This document shows, piece by piece, positions 16,064 to 27,094 of a DNA stretch of 64,000 bases; the stretch's first letter is position 1, and every line of letters starts with the position of its first letter. The notes below the pieces were generated by a model that saw only the letters and a program-made list of their open reading frames with translations, ran no database searches and was not told where the DNA came from. The stretch is from Zygnema circumcarinatum SAG 698-1b (taxonomy: Eukaryota > Plantae > Zygnematophyceae). Made by a program: the position numbers and the translations under genes. The stretch is taken from contig CM074813.1 of NCBI GenBank assembly GCA_037447605.1, positions 2,790,001 through 2,854,000 of the forward strand, given 5' to 3'.

Positions 16064-17164
16064 CTTGTTTAAACGATGAGAAAAATAGCAATAAGCGTGA
16101 AAGGAAGCTCTGCCTTCTCCCCCAAAATGTTATAGCCTTGAAGAGGCTATTAGGTGGTCACCTGGATCAGAATCTTAAGTGAATGTATTCCTGCAAAAAA
16201 AATCCATGCACAGAGCTTACAATATTTAGAAAAACAGGGGATGATTCATGCTCTGCAGCTCTCATTTGCATCATGGAGACTAGGGAAGGTTCAACTTCAG
16301 ATAAGGGTGACACAAGGCCGGTCAAGAATGAAAAAACAGGTTCACGTGTTCAAAATGGCTGCCCCACCGCTGCTCGGACCAACCCGCTCAGCTGATCACT
16401 TTAAATATAAACTTGCTTGAACTTAGAAAAGGACTAACTCATTCAATTTCGGGTAGGCATTGAGAACATTGAACAGGGAAACCCGGACCGATTTTCGAGT
16501 GCTGATTGCTTTGGGGACTAAGCACACTATAGAATGGGCGCCAGTTTTACCACAAACGCAATGTGCACAACTTTTGACAGCTGTCAAATGCTGTATGGGC
16601 AAGATGATTTTCAAAACGACAGTACGGTACTCGAATCGTTTGAGCTGCATCTTCCTTCAGCCACATAATAAAGCTGAAGTAAAGGTTAATCTGAACGCCC
16701 AGAATGCATTCAGCAATTCAAGGATTCGCAATGCGAGTTGCAGATTACCTCCATTCACCTCATCATAGATTTCAATCATAGCACTACAATCAACATCGAC
16801 AATGCGAGCACTTCCATCAAAGTACCAGCAATTGCATTCAATAAGTGCTACATTGCGAAGATTTCACGCAATTCCATTTGATTTCTCTCTCGTTACCTCT
16901 ACTTCCTGCTTCAATCCGGCCTTCAAAACCCTGATTTTTCAAAACCCTTCCCTGCCAAGAAACTGAAAGAAACGGAAGCTGCAAGAGCGAGACGAAGGGC
17001 CCCCAGAAAGGAGGCGGGTTTCCATGCCAACATGTTGGATCCACTCTTAGATCAAGATCAACACTTCAGGTCGCTTTTGGCCACAAGAGCGCAATCCATC
17101 CGCGGGATTACCCAGTCCTAAAGAGTTGATCCACGTTATCCAGTTTAGATTCTAAGATTTACTT

Positions 17165-17290
17165 GCCACGTGTCTAACGGATCCACTATACCACGTCATT
17201 TGCTAGAATCTTGTGCCTATCCGTAGGGGTCCACGTTCCCAATAAGAGCGTGCCACGTGTCGCCTGCGGATCCAGCCGGCAGCCAATCAG
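17165..17290. promoter_or_regulatory. G-box/CCAAT cluster upstream of MFP1, including CCAAT-N9-CCACG at 17239-17257
   Basis: GCCACGTGTC at ~17165 and ~17252, CCACGTCA, CCACGTT and AGCCAATCAG within ~125 bp. Confidence 0.5.
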
Positions 17291-17799
17291 AATCGAGAGG
17301 GCGACGGCGGCGCGGTGGGACCGACTTCTCGCTCGTTCCATGCTGACTGCCTGTTCTGTAGTTACATGGTTAAGGCTGCGTGACAAGGACCAATTGGCGG
17401 TTCCATGCTTGATTCAACGCTCGAACTGGAACTGGAACTGAAACTGAACTTTTGTGACTGTCATTGTACACATGGAAGGGCAGGGAGGGCCTCCAGTTTG
17501 ACATGAGACCAAAGTATGCGACGCAAGTTGTTGCTGGAGCACAGAATCGAAATAAAGGGTCAAGTGGGGAGGAAGCTCCATGATTTGGCATCAAAATAAG
17601 GTAAAGAAAGTTGTTTAACAAACTGACAAATTGCTTTCACTTCTACCTTACGCTAAGTTAAGAAAACAACAGGAGGACAGGTAACGGAACTAAACGAAAA
17701 CTTTCAAACCTAGCCCTAGCTTTTGTCAACCTTGCTGATACTAAAAAACAAAGACAAACAATCGTTTGTTTGCTGCAACGACCCTATCTGTAAGCAGGC

Positions 17800-18131
17800 C
17801 TAAAGCTCCCCACAGCTTGTGATCGCCACTTTGGAATACGGCCGGTTGAAGCCTCTTTCCGCAACGACTGCTCGCGAATCTCCGATCAATTTCGCCGCCC
17901 TGCAAACAAAAATTACAAAAAAAAATGACCCCGAAATGGAGGAGGCAGAGGGTAGAAGAAATCCCGAGCAAAAGGGGGGGAAAAGGAAGCAGAGAGAGGG
18001 AGAGAAGCACAATGGAGGTCAGAAAAGGGATGACGAGGAAAGGTTGGAAGAGAAGAGAGATGAGGGTCAGGAAGGAGCGAAATTGGGTGCGAAGAGAGAG
18101 CGAGAGAGAGAGCGAGAGAGAGAGAGAGGGG

Positions 18132-18217
<86 letters not shown>

Positions 18218-20331
18218 TCTTCCATTCCCTCACATGAAGTAGGGACTCGATGTATTCTCCTTCACCGTCTCCACCCGCGCGAGCTGCTCCACCACCTCCC
18301 ACCCCTCCAGGACACGCCCCACGACCAGGTTCGTCTCATCCAATTCCGGCGCGTCCTCTCTCAAAATTACGAACTCCGTTCCGTTGGGCGGCGCTCGGGC
18401 GATCTCTTCCACCATCACAAACTGGCCGTTCCTTGCGATCAGTTTGGGCTTCGGGGGAGGGATGGTGGGGTCCGCCACTATGAGGGATACAGCACGGGCC
18501 ACATTCTTAAGGGCACCCTCTTGTCTCCTACAGGCACCCCACATGCCAATTCATCCTGAAATTAGGGTTGCAGGGCTTTTCAAGATCCCTAACGAACAAA
18601 GAAACGTGCAGTTTCCCCCCCAAAATTCAACAAAAGTTTCCTATGCATGCATGCATGGTGCATGGGGCGCATGCTCACATGGAAATGGCATTCAGTTCCT
18701 CGACCAGTCGGTCCGCCGTCTCTCCCCCTGTGAACTGAGCGGTGTCGCGGTCACCTCCCGTGACGGAGAAACTGCGCAAGCCCGCGTTTTGGATGTACTT
18801 TGGAAATATTTTGATAAATTCTTTTCGGCGATAAGAGACGCCGCGACGGCCCTTTGCAAGTTCAGCGAATCTTGTTGCGCCAATGGGAACATCCTGCAGG
18901 CGAAGGACGAGTATGGTTTCTGAGGAAGCTTAAGCGTAGATAGGGAGAGAGAGGGAGAGGGGAGGGGGTGGAGGATAGGGGCAGGGACTAGAGAGGGGGG
19001 ACATTGGAGGAGAGAGAGAGAGGGTGGGGAAGGAGAAAGTCGGAGAATAGAGAGAGAGTGCATTGAAAGAAAGAGAGGAGGGGAGAGAGAGGGAGAGAGA
19101 GGGAGAGAGAGGTGGGGAGGAGAGGGGCAGTGAATAAAGAGGGGGCATTGGAGGAGAGAGAGAGAGAGGGTGGGGAAGGAGAGAGTCGGAGAATAGGGAG
19201 CGAGTGCATCGAAAGGAAGAGAGAGTGGGGGAGAGAGAGGGAGAAAGGGGGGGAGGAGAGGGGCAGTGAATAATGGGGGGGGCATTGGAGGAGAGAGAGA
19301 GAGAGGGTGGGGAAGGAGAGAGTCGGAGAATAGGGAGCGAGTGCATCGAAAGAAAGAGAGAGAGGGGGAGAGAGAGGGAGAGAGATGGAGAGAGGGGGGG
19401 GACGAGGAGAAAGTGAACGTGAGGAAGAAGATGCGTAAAAAAAAAAAAACCGAATTTCCCGTCTCATCAGAAATCCCAAGTTTCCTGAACCCTAAATGCC
19501 CCCTAAACCCTACGCTCAAAACTCTAAACCCTGAATCTCTGCTGCTTTCACCCTGATCTAAAAACTTTGAACCCTTCAACCCTCGCCCTTCAACCCTTTG
19601 ACTCTAGGCCCTGAACCCTTAAACCCTAGCCCCTGAACCCTTCAACCCTAGCCCCTAAAACCTTCAACCCTAGCTCCTCAACCCTTCAACCCTAGCCCTT
19701 GAACCCTTAAATCCTAGCTCCTGAACCCTTCAACCCTCGCCCTTCAACCCTTAAACCCTCGCCCCTGAACCCTAATCAGTGTTCCCACCTTGCCGTACAG
19801 TCCGATGACGATTCTGCCCACGTTCTGTCGGTCGATGGCGACATCCAAAAAGACTTTTTGCGTCACCGCCGGCCCCGCCCCCGCCCCCGCGCTCTCCGCC
19901 TCGGCTGCCACGTAGCCCTCTGGAGCGGCCTCGGCCGCTACGGACGAATCAGAGCTCGCTTCTGCGACCATGGCGGGCTCCTCGGCCAATGTCGCATTGC
20001 CACGTGGTAGATCCTCATCTGCCAGCGCCCGTTGCGAGAAGCTGGAGGCGGAGAAAGACGTCCACGTGGCAACACCAGCGACGAGGGTTCTTCGGTTGAC
20101 AGCTGTCAGCAGAGGGGGAAGCGGATACACGTGGCACTCCTCACCCGAGGAGGGTCCACGTGGCTCACTGACGTGGCTGGGCGCATTTCTCCTGGTCTCA
20201 GCATGCGCCACGCGGCAAACCTGCACTTGCAGAGCTTTTCCTTGCCTCTGCGGAGACAGCAGCTTCCCGCCACCTGGCAACTCCGCCACGTGGCAGGGCC
20301 GCAGGCCGCCACGTGGCAGTGCGCTCAGCAT
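17800..20331 (-). CDS. CYP26-2: Chloroplast (thylakoid lumen) cyclophilin-type PPIase CYP26-2. Exons 20331(or 20397)-19789, 18893-18679, 18527-18234, 17899-17800; ~383 aa
   Basis: VTQKVFLDVAIDRQNVGRIVIGLYGK|DVPIGATRF...VSYRRKEFIKI...PPPKPKLIARNG...PNGTEFVI...VVGRVLEG...ENTSSPYFM|AAKLIGDSRAVVAERGFNRPYSKV; RR lumenal signal (NRRTLVAG...RALA). Confidence 0.93.
18995..19380. repeat. ~140-bp purine-rich tandem repeat x3 in CYP26-2 intron 1
   Basis: cattggaggagagag...gggtggggaaggagagagtcggagaatag...gagtgcat(t/c)gaaag recurs at ~19002, ~19146 and ~19284. Confidence 0.8.
19486..19773. repeat. Degenerate interstitial telomere-like array (AACCCT-core, ~22-bp higher-order unit) in CYP26-2 intron 1
   Basis: Repeated aacccttcaaccctagcccctg / aaaccctag units. 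Confidence 0.75.
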
Positions 20332-20397
20332 GGTGCTGACTGTGCCCTCCAACGTGGGCTCGCCTGCGCTCACCACGTGGGCCCCCCCCCCCAGCAT

Positions 20398-20522
20398 CGT
20401 ACGAATTCGTACGTTTCGTAAACCAAATACCGTACAGTACAACACAGAACCAGACCGTACGTCATAGTACAGTACCGTACAGTATTTTATGGAAGTACGG
20501 TACGGCCTGCTCCTTTCTGTAC
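20398..20522. promoter_or_regulatory. GTAC/CGTAC cluster in the CYP26-2/Iojap bidirectional promoter
   Basis: 11 GTAC cores in ~125 bp between divergent start codons. Confidence 0.6.
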
Positions 20523-20690
20523 ATCACTGACGGTAACCGTCGGTGCCTGCAGGCTCTTCTGAGCCGAGCCCTGAACCCTAACCTGCGGTTGTTTCTGGAC
20601 ACTGCAAAACCTGTGCGGGGAGGGTTTTGGAAGGGAGGGAGGGAGGGGTTCAGGGAGGGGTTCAGGGAGGGCCAGGCAGCGCCAGAAGCC

Positions 20691-23280
20691 ATGGCTGCCG
20701 CGGCAGGAGCGTGGAGGACTTCTTTTTCCTCCTGCGCTTGCCAGACGGGGGCCTCTCTGCGCGACAGCTGTCAGCCATCGAGCCGCTTCTCTCCTCCCGC
20801 AGCCTCTCTCTGTGGCGAAGCCTCTCTGTCAGTGAGCGCGGAGGTTGGGGGAGGAGGGAGAGGGAGAGGGAGAGGGAGAGGGGTAAGGGAGGATGAGGGA
20901 AGGAGGGGATGGGTCTCGTGGAGGCAGCCATGGCGGGCGGAGAGGAGAGGAGGGGGAGGCGGAGGAGAGGGCACGTGGCATGTGAGGGGGGGCGAGTGTG
21001 TTGTGGCTGGATCACAGACACGTGGCAGCAGCGCAGCAGCTGGAACGAATAGGGCGGATAAGGAGGAGGCGGAGGAGGAGTGGGCGGTGAGTGGGAGGGA
21101 GGGAAGGAGGGGCAGAGGGAGGGGGAGAGGGAGTGGCAGAGGGATGGGGAGAGCGAAGGGGAGGAAGGGTGGGGGATCAGGCAAACCTACCTGCCCAAAG
21201 AAAAATACATATAAATTTACTCTGCCTTACTACAATTGAATCTGTCAACGGTTTATTTCACCTGATAATTGCATTGTGCGTCCTTATCCAAATTCAAAAA
21301 AGGTTTTGGGGCCGAATTGCAAATTTCTTCGCATTATACCTCTCTTTCCTTATCCTACATTGCTTTCTCGCTGGGCGGCAGGAGGAGAATTGGGAGGAGG
21401 ACGAGCTGGACGAGCTCTTTGAAGAGTTTGGGGAGACGGTGCTGCCGGAGTCTGCCGAGGAGCAGAGAGCCTTGCGGGAGAAGCAGGATGATGCCGAAAG
21501 TTGCACGTGTAGGCTCTCTCTCCCTCTCTCGCTCTCTCGTTCTTTCTACGCCCCTATCGCCTCCTCTCTCTTCTTCCCCTTCCTCCCAATTTCTCCTCAC
21601 TCCGTCTTCAACGCAACCCCCCAAAATATTTCGGGTGAGTTCCGAATTGTTTCTAAGTGAAGATCTCCGAAGCCCTATCTCTCTCTGTGCATGCCTGCCC
21701 ACCAGCCTCCGTTCTGGGCTGCTCTCCCCGAACTCCATAGACAGCAGTTTCCGCACTTTTCTGTGCAGCGTAACGGAATGGAGGCTCAAACTAGGTCTGT
21801 TTCCATGTGCGTGTTTCAGTTGCGGTGGCCATGGCGCGGGAAGCTGCGGCTGCTAAGGGCGGGGACGTGACGGCCCTCCATGTGAAGAGCCTCGTGTATT
21901 GGGCGCGCTGCTTTGTGCTCGTAACCGCCTTCTCGAAGCCGCAGGTGGAAGCCATAGCGTGAGTCTGCACACCTCTCCAGGAATCTACAAAACGAGACAC
22001 TTGAAGAAGTGAAATTTTAAATAAAATTCTTACGGATATTCAAAAAGAGAATTCAAATAAACAATGTTGTTTTAGCGGCGGCCTCCGGACGCTCCGCCGT
22101 CCGGAGGCCGTGTGAAATTCACTTCTTATTTGTTACTTCAGCAAAGAAATTGATTTTCAGGCCCCCAAGCGATCTTATAAAACGACGAAAGTAATTTAGA
22201 TATAATTGGGAATCTATGTGTTTCTCTATATGTATGTATAGAGAGAGAGGTTGAGAGGAAGGGAGGGAGAGGGAGAGAGGGAGAGGGAGAAAAACGCGAA
22301 TGCAGGTTCCTTTCTCCCTCTCCATCCGCTTTTTCATCTTGGGGTTTTCCTTCTCTAAGAAAGTGAAGGCATTGGGGATTTTTTAGTAGGCCATGGCTGC
22401 ATACTTCAGCTTGAGGCGTTTTGCCTCCTTGTCTTCTGAAGACATGAAATTGGCGCCTCTTCATCGTTGCAGGAAGCGATTGCAGGATGCTGCTGAGGAG
22501 CAGTTTGGCCGGGAGCCCCTCGGAGGAGATAGGGGAGGAGGAAACAGCTGGACATTGCTCGACTATGGTGAGCTTTATAATGAGTCTCTCCCTCTCTGTC
22601 TATCTCTCTTGCTCCCCTCCTCTCTCCCCGCCCGTTCCCTCCCCCTCCCCCCTCCCTCTCTCCCTCGCCGCCTCCACCCTCTCTGTGTATCTCTCTCTTG
22701 CTCCCATCCTCTCTCCTCGCCCGTTCCCCCCCACTCCCCCCTCCCTCTCTCCCTCTCCGCTCCTCCCTCTCTGTCTATCTCTCTCTTGCTCCGCTCCTCT
22801 CTCCCCGCCCGTTCCCTTCCCCTCCCCCCTCCCTCTCTCCCTCTCCGCCTCCTCCCTCTCTGTCCATCTCTCTCTTGCTCCCCTCCTCTCTTCTCGCCCG
22901 TTCCCCCCCACTCCCCCCTCCCTCTCTCCCTCTCCGCCACCTTCCTCTCTGTCTATCTCTCTCTTGCTCCCCTCCTCTCTCCCCGCCCGTTCCCCCCCAC
23001 TCCCCCCTCCCTCTCTCCCTCTCCGCCTCCTCCCTCTCTGTCTATCTCTCTCTTGCTCCCCTCCTCTCTCCCCGCCCATTCCCTCCCCCTCCCCCCTCCC
23101 TCTCTCCCTCTCCGCCTCCTCCCTCTCCTTCTCCTGACATGTGGTCTTTGAGTACCATTGGCAGGCGATGTGGTCGTGCACGTATTCTCGCCGGCTGCTC
23201 GCTCCTTCTACAATTTGGAGGAGTTCTATGGGAACGCCACTCCTCTCCCACTCCCATTTTTAACTGAAGAGCGCCGGTGA
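20691..23280 (+). CDS. IJ: Chloroplast Iojap / ribosomal silencing factor RsfS. Exons 20691-21086, 21382-21508, 21820-21958, 22473-22567, 23165-23280; ~290 aa
   Basis: DDAESCTFAVAMAREAAAAKGGDVTALHVKSLVYWARCFVLVTAFSKPQVEAIAKRLQD...NSWTLLDYGDVVVHVFSPAARSFYNLEEFYGNA, the RsfS/Iojap signature; N-terminal transit peptide. Confidence 0.94.
22590..23130 (+). repeat. ~85-90-bp pyrimidine-rich tandem repeat (~6 copies) filling Iojap intron 4
   Basis: ctctctgtctatctctctcttgctcccctcctctctccccgcccgttccc... recurs six times. Confidence 0.8.
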
Positions 23281-23977
23281 AGCATGTGGTGTTCTATGCC
23301 TTAGTTTTACTGATTCAGTTTATTCCAACAGTTGCCTCCCCCCGTGTTCTCGAGGTTTTTTTCGTAGTCTTAATTCGGACAAAGGTGTATTGGACCTCTA
23401 TTTAAGGAATTTCGGAGAGGGAGGTGGAAAAACTTGGTTTTTTTTTTTGCAAACCAGCCCAAGAAAACCACGAGGAATTTCCATCCCCTTCATGTTTCCA
23501 TGGACAGCTTTAGCTTGCACTGTCATTGTTTGTTCCAAGTACTGGTGGTTGACCATGACTTGGTCAGTCTTGGTGACTAAAATAAAAATAATCTAGTCAT
23601 GATCGTACCTTGCTAAGGGGCCCATCCCATCCCATGCATGAAGAAGGCCTTTCTATGAAAATTCAGTCGAAAAATCATCAGTTAAACAAGAAAACCTAGA
23701 AATCCTACATGGAGCGGATGGACCTCTTAGTAAGGTCTAGTTGTGACTAAAACACGTCCTATTATGACTGACTAAAACTACTACAAGAATGTTTCGGCTA
23801 GGAATCAGTTAAGTCAGTTTAGTCAAAACGATTTTGCAGCGGTCGGCTTCCAACTACCGTAACACCTACGCCTCCCTCGTTAACCTTCATTATGACCGTT
23901 GAATCGTTGACCTATGTCACGACCGTTGACCGTAGCCTTGACGCACATTGCGAGAAAAATCCATACCGTACCCCAAT

Positions 23978-24368
23978 TAGGGATGGATTAGTTACGACTA
24001 TATAATATATATTATATTATACAACTGTGACGACTAGATAACGGCTGATATAGTGATATATATTAATTTACAACGCTTTTACAACATGTACGGTAATACG
24101 GTCGTACGACTGTACGGTATTATGCGGCCCGAGCACGAGCAGACAGAGAAAACCAGACGAACGCATTTCGCAACGCCAACGCCAAAACGACCTAATTTTG
24201 GTATGGTACGACCGTATGACCGTACGAGTACGATCGTACGGTAGTTAATTGTTCAAAACGAATGGGTATAATATATGTAATAAAGTGTTTTACTTTAATA
24301 TATTACTAATTTTAAACCCGTTGTAAATTATATAATATATTCGGAATTTATAACGCGGGCCATCCCTA
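23978..24368. mobile_element. Non-autonomous hAT (Ac/Ds-like) MITE, 391 bp
   Basis: TIR TAGGGATGG (23978-23986) / CCATCCCTA (24360-24368); perfect 8-bp TSD ACCCCAAT (23970-23977 and 24369-24376); internal CGTACG/ACGAC subterminal-type motifs. TAGGGATG ends and an 8-bp TSD are hAT hallmarks. Confidence 0.9.
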
Positions 24369-24509
24369 ACCCCAATATGGAATTCCGAATTCCGATTTCC
24401 AAATTACGGAATTCCGATTTCCGAATTACGGAATTTCGCTCAGAGGCGTTCCCAGGTCCCAAAAGTTCGGTCCGTATCAAAGCGCGCCGACCGACAGCTG
24501 TGTCGTCGT

Positions 24510-24686
24510 CACGTGGCGAGTGCTGAGGGGTGGCACGTCCCTGCGCGTGCCACGTGGCTATTGGTGCACACGTGTCGAATCCAAAAGGTACCAAATGCAC
24601 CGACACACGCAACGTGGCGAGTACTGTGCGCTCGATCGCGCCGGCGCCACGTGGCGCCTGTCGGTGGAGCGCGTCCTGCCACGTAC
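24510..24686 (+). promoter_or_regulatory. Dense ABRE/G-box cluster upstream of the orphan gene
   Basis: 7 ACGT cores in ~175 bp, including CACGTGGC x3, CACGTGTC, AACGTGGC and a CGCGTG (CE3-like); probable 5'UTR-intron donor GTAAGT at ~24892. Confidence 0.65.
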
Positions 24687-25587
24687 GCCAACTGCCAGTG
24701 TCGGTGCGCAGAGACAGGGCTCGAGGGAGAGGGCTGACGGGGAGGGAGAGGGACAGGGAGAGGGACAGGGAGAGGGAGAGGGGAGAGGCAGAGGGAGAGG
24801 GAGGGAGAGGGAGCGAGGGAGAGGGAGAGAGAGGGAGGGAGAAGGGGAGGAAGAGGGAGAAAGAGAGAGGGAGGGAGAGCGGCTGACAAGTGTAAGTAAA
24901 GCGGAAGGTAGGGGTTTAGAACTTTAGGGGGGGAGAGGTTTTGGGGCGGGAGGGCAGGCAGCGAGCGCTGAAAGGTGGAACGGGCAGAGGAAGAGAGGGC
25001 AGAGGGATGCGAAGAGGTGTAGGAAATGTATGTGAGGGTGGGTGCAGGGGAGGAGAGGAGGGAGAGCAGAGGAAAGAGGGGCAAGTAAGATGGAAGGGGG
25101 CTTACATTAGGTCTGTAGAAGAGGAGAAATGAGAAGAGAAAGGACGGGCAGAGGAGATAGTAGAGAGCATAGAGGAGGAGAAGAGAGGAGGGAGGATGGA
25201 AGAATGGGAAGCGAGTGGTGTCTTTCCGTGCTTGTTTTTTGTCTCTTCTATCGCTGCAATGATTTCAACCAGCCTCCCTTTCTTCCTCCCTCTCTCCTCT
25301 CGCCCTCCCCACAGTTTTCTCATCTCCCTCTCTCCTCGCCCCTTTCTATTCCCCCTCTCCCTGTCCCTCTCCCCTCTATCCTCCTCCCCAGATTCCCCTC
25401 TTTCTTTCCCACTTTTCTCACCCCCTCTCCCCTATACCCTCCCCCCCAAGCCTCCCCTTGCTACCTCTCCCCTTTTCCCCTTCTCCCGCTCTCTTCCTCT
25501 CTCCCTCTATCCTTCCCTCCCCCATCCCCCCCCCCCCTTCCCTGGTGCGCTGAAACGAGTTCCCTGCCTTCCTTGCAGGCTGCAGAG

Positions 25588-25707
25588 ATGGACGAGCCGA
25601 TATATGTTTCCTTCAGACGGGTGGTTCTGGTGGGCTCAGACACCCACTTTTCGTCGTTTACTCTTTTTCTTCGTTTCTATGTCTGTGTGTGAGAGACAGA
25701 GAATAGA

Positions 25708-25750
<43 letters not shown>

Positions 25751-27094
25751 AGGGAGAGAGAGTGAGAGGATTCCTCCCTCTTATGTTAACAAGAGCTGAT
25801 GGTTTGCGCGGCTTTTGCAGATGTTCGCGGGAGCGGTGACTTTGGGCTCCACGGCTCCCATTGCGCCTCTCCTTCTCTTCAGTGGGGCCGTCGGCTTCTT
25901 CTTGGCACTTCCATGGATCGTGTTTCTGTATTGTGCTCGAGCAGCGCTGGTGAGGGGTGCAGCTCTACTGCTGTTTGATGACTGCAGTGAAATTATTTTG
26001 TGGGCTTTTTTCATTTTGTAAGTATTGTATTTGAACCCACCACCCTCCCCCTTTTCATAAGGTTTTTTTTTGTTTTTCTTATGTAGATTTTTGTCGACTC
26101 CGTACTACATCGGTCGAGCCGTTCTCGATATCGCAGCTCGCGAAAAGGTGGTTTGAAGGAGACAGCGAAAGTTGTGCCCTTAGACGTAAGTGCTTCCGCA
26201 GACGTAAACTTCACTTCTTGCCGATAATCTTTGACGTTTACTCGCTTTAAGGTTGAAAGGATCATCGTACGCTCGTTTAATTTTCTATTTTAATCCGCTG
26301 TATGTGCTGGACCTGCGGGATTGGCTCCTTTGAAAGTTTTACTTTATCTTTGTTTGGCTCTGTTCATTTTTTTAAGTTATTTTTGTATGTGCTCTCTGTT
26401 CTGAAAACTGCAGGAACGAGAGGAGGAGAAGATGCAGAAACTGAAGCGGAAGGAGCATCAATCGAGGGAGAAGCGGGAAAGGCTGGCAAGGAAGCAGCAA
26501 GAGGAGAGGAGGGAGAGAGAGAGACTTATTAAGAAGCGTCAGGAGGAGGAGGAGAAGAGGAGAGAGGGAGAGAGGCTGATGCTGCAACAGAAGCAGGCTC
26601 ATGAAGAAGCTGAAAGGATGGAGAGAGAGAGAGTTGAACGAGAACGCTACGAGGAGGAAGAAAAGAGGCTGAAGCAGCTCCAAGAGGAGGAGGCGGTGAG
26701 GAGGAGAGAGAACATCGTGAAAGCCCATTACGAGGAGGAGAAGGAGAAGAAAATAGAGCATTTGAAGTATCTTCAAGAGGTGCAACAGAGGGAGAGGGAG
26801 AGAGAGATTCGTGTAAAGAAGCTTCAGGAGGAAGATGAAAGGAGGCGGAGGCTCCTAAAGGAGGAAGAGGAGAAGAGGCTCGAACAACAGCGATACGCGG
26901 AAGAGAGGGCGAGAGAGAGAGCACGGGAGGAGGAGGAGGAGAGGGAGAGAGGGAGACTCGAGAGGGAGCAAGAGCAAGAGGAGGACGAGAGCTCGAGCTC
27001 GAGCGACGACGACGACAAGGATGACAAACACGACGGAGAGAAGCATCCCAAAATTAAGAGGTTCATTCGAAAGATTGTGAACAAGATCAAATGA
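25588..27094 (+). CDS. Uncharacterised protein: N-terminal ~50-aa hydrophobic hairpin, ~190-aa E/R/K-rich helix, poly-S/acidic patch, basic amphipathic C-terminus. Exons 25588-25620, 25821-25949, 26087-26185, 26414-27094; ~313 aa
   Basis: Four phase-0 GT-AG-bounded exons join into one ORF: MDEPIYVSFRR|MFAGAVTLGSTAPIAPLLLFSGAVGFFLALPWIVFLYCARAAL|IFVDSVLHRSSRSRYRSSRKGGLKETAKVVPLD|EREEEKMQKL...SSSSSDDDDKDDKHDGEKHPKIKRFIRKIVNKIK*. The start codon is uncertain. Confidence 0.72.

Noticed and set aside
21177-21186. Possible GC-AG donor (CAG|GCAAAC) for Iojap exon 1
   Set aside because: Wrong phase; a strong in-phase GTGAGT donor exists at 21087
25821-25949. Oleosin assignment for the orphan gene
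   Set aside because: No canonical PX5SPX3P proline knot, and the hydrophobic stretch is well short of ~70 aa
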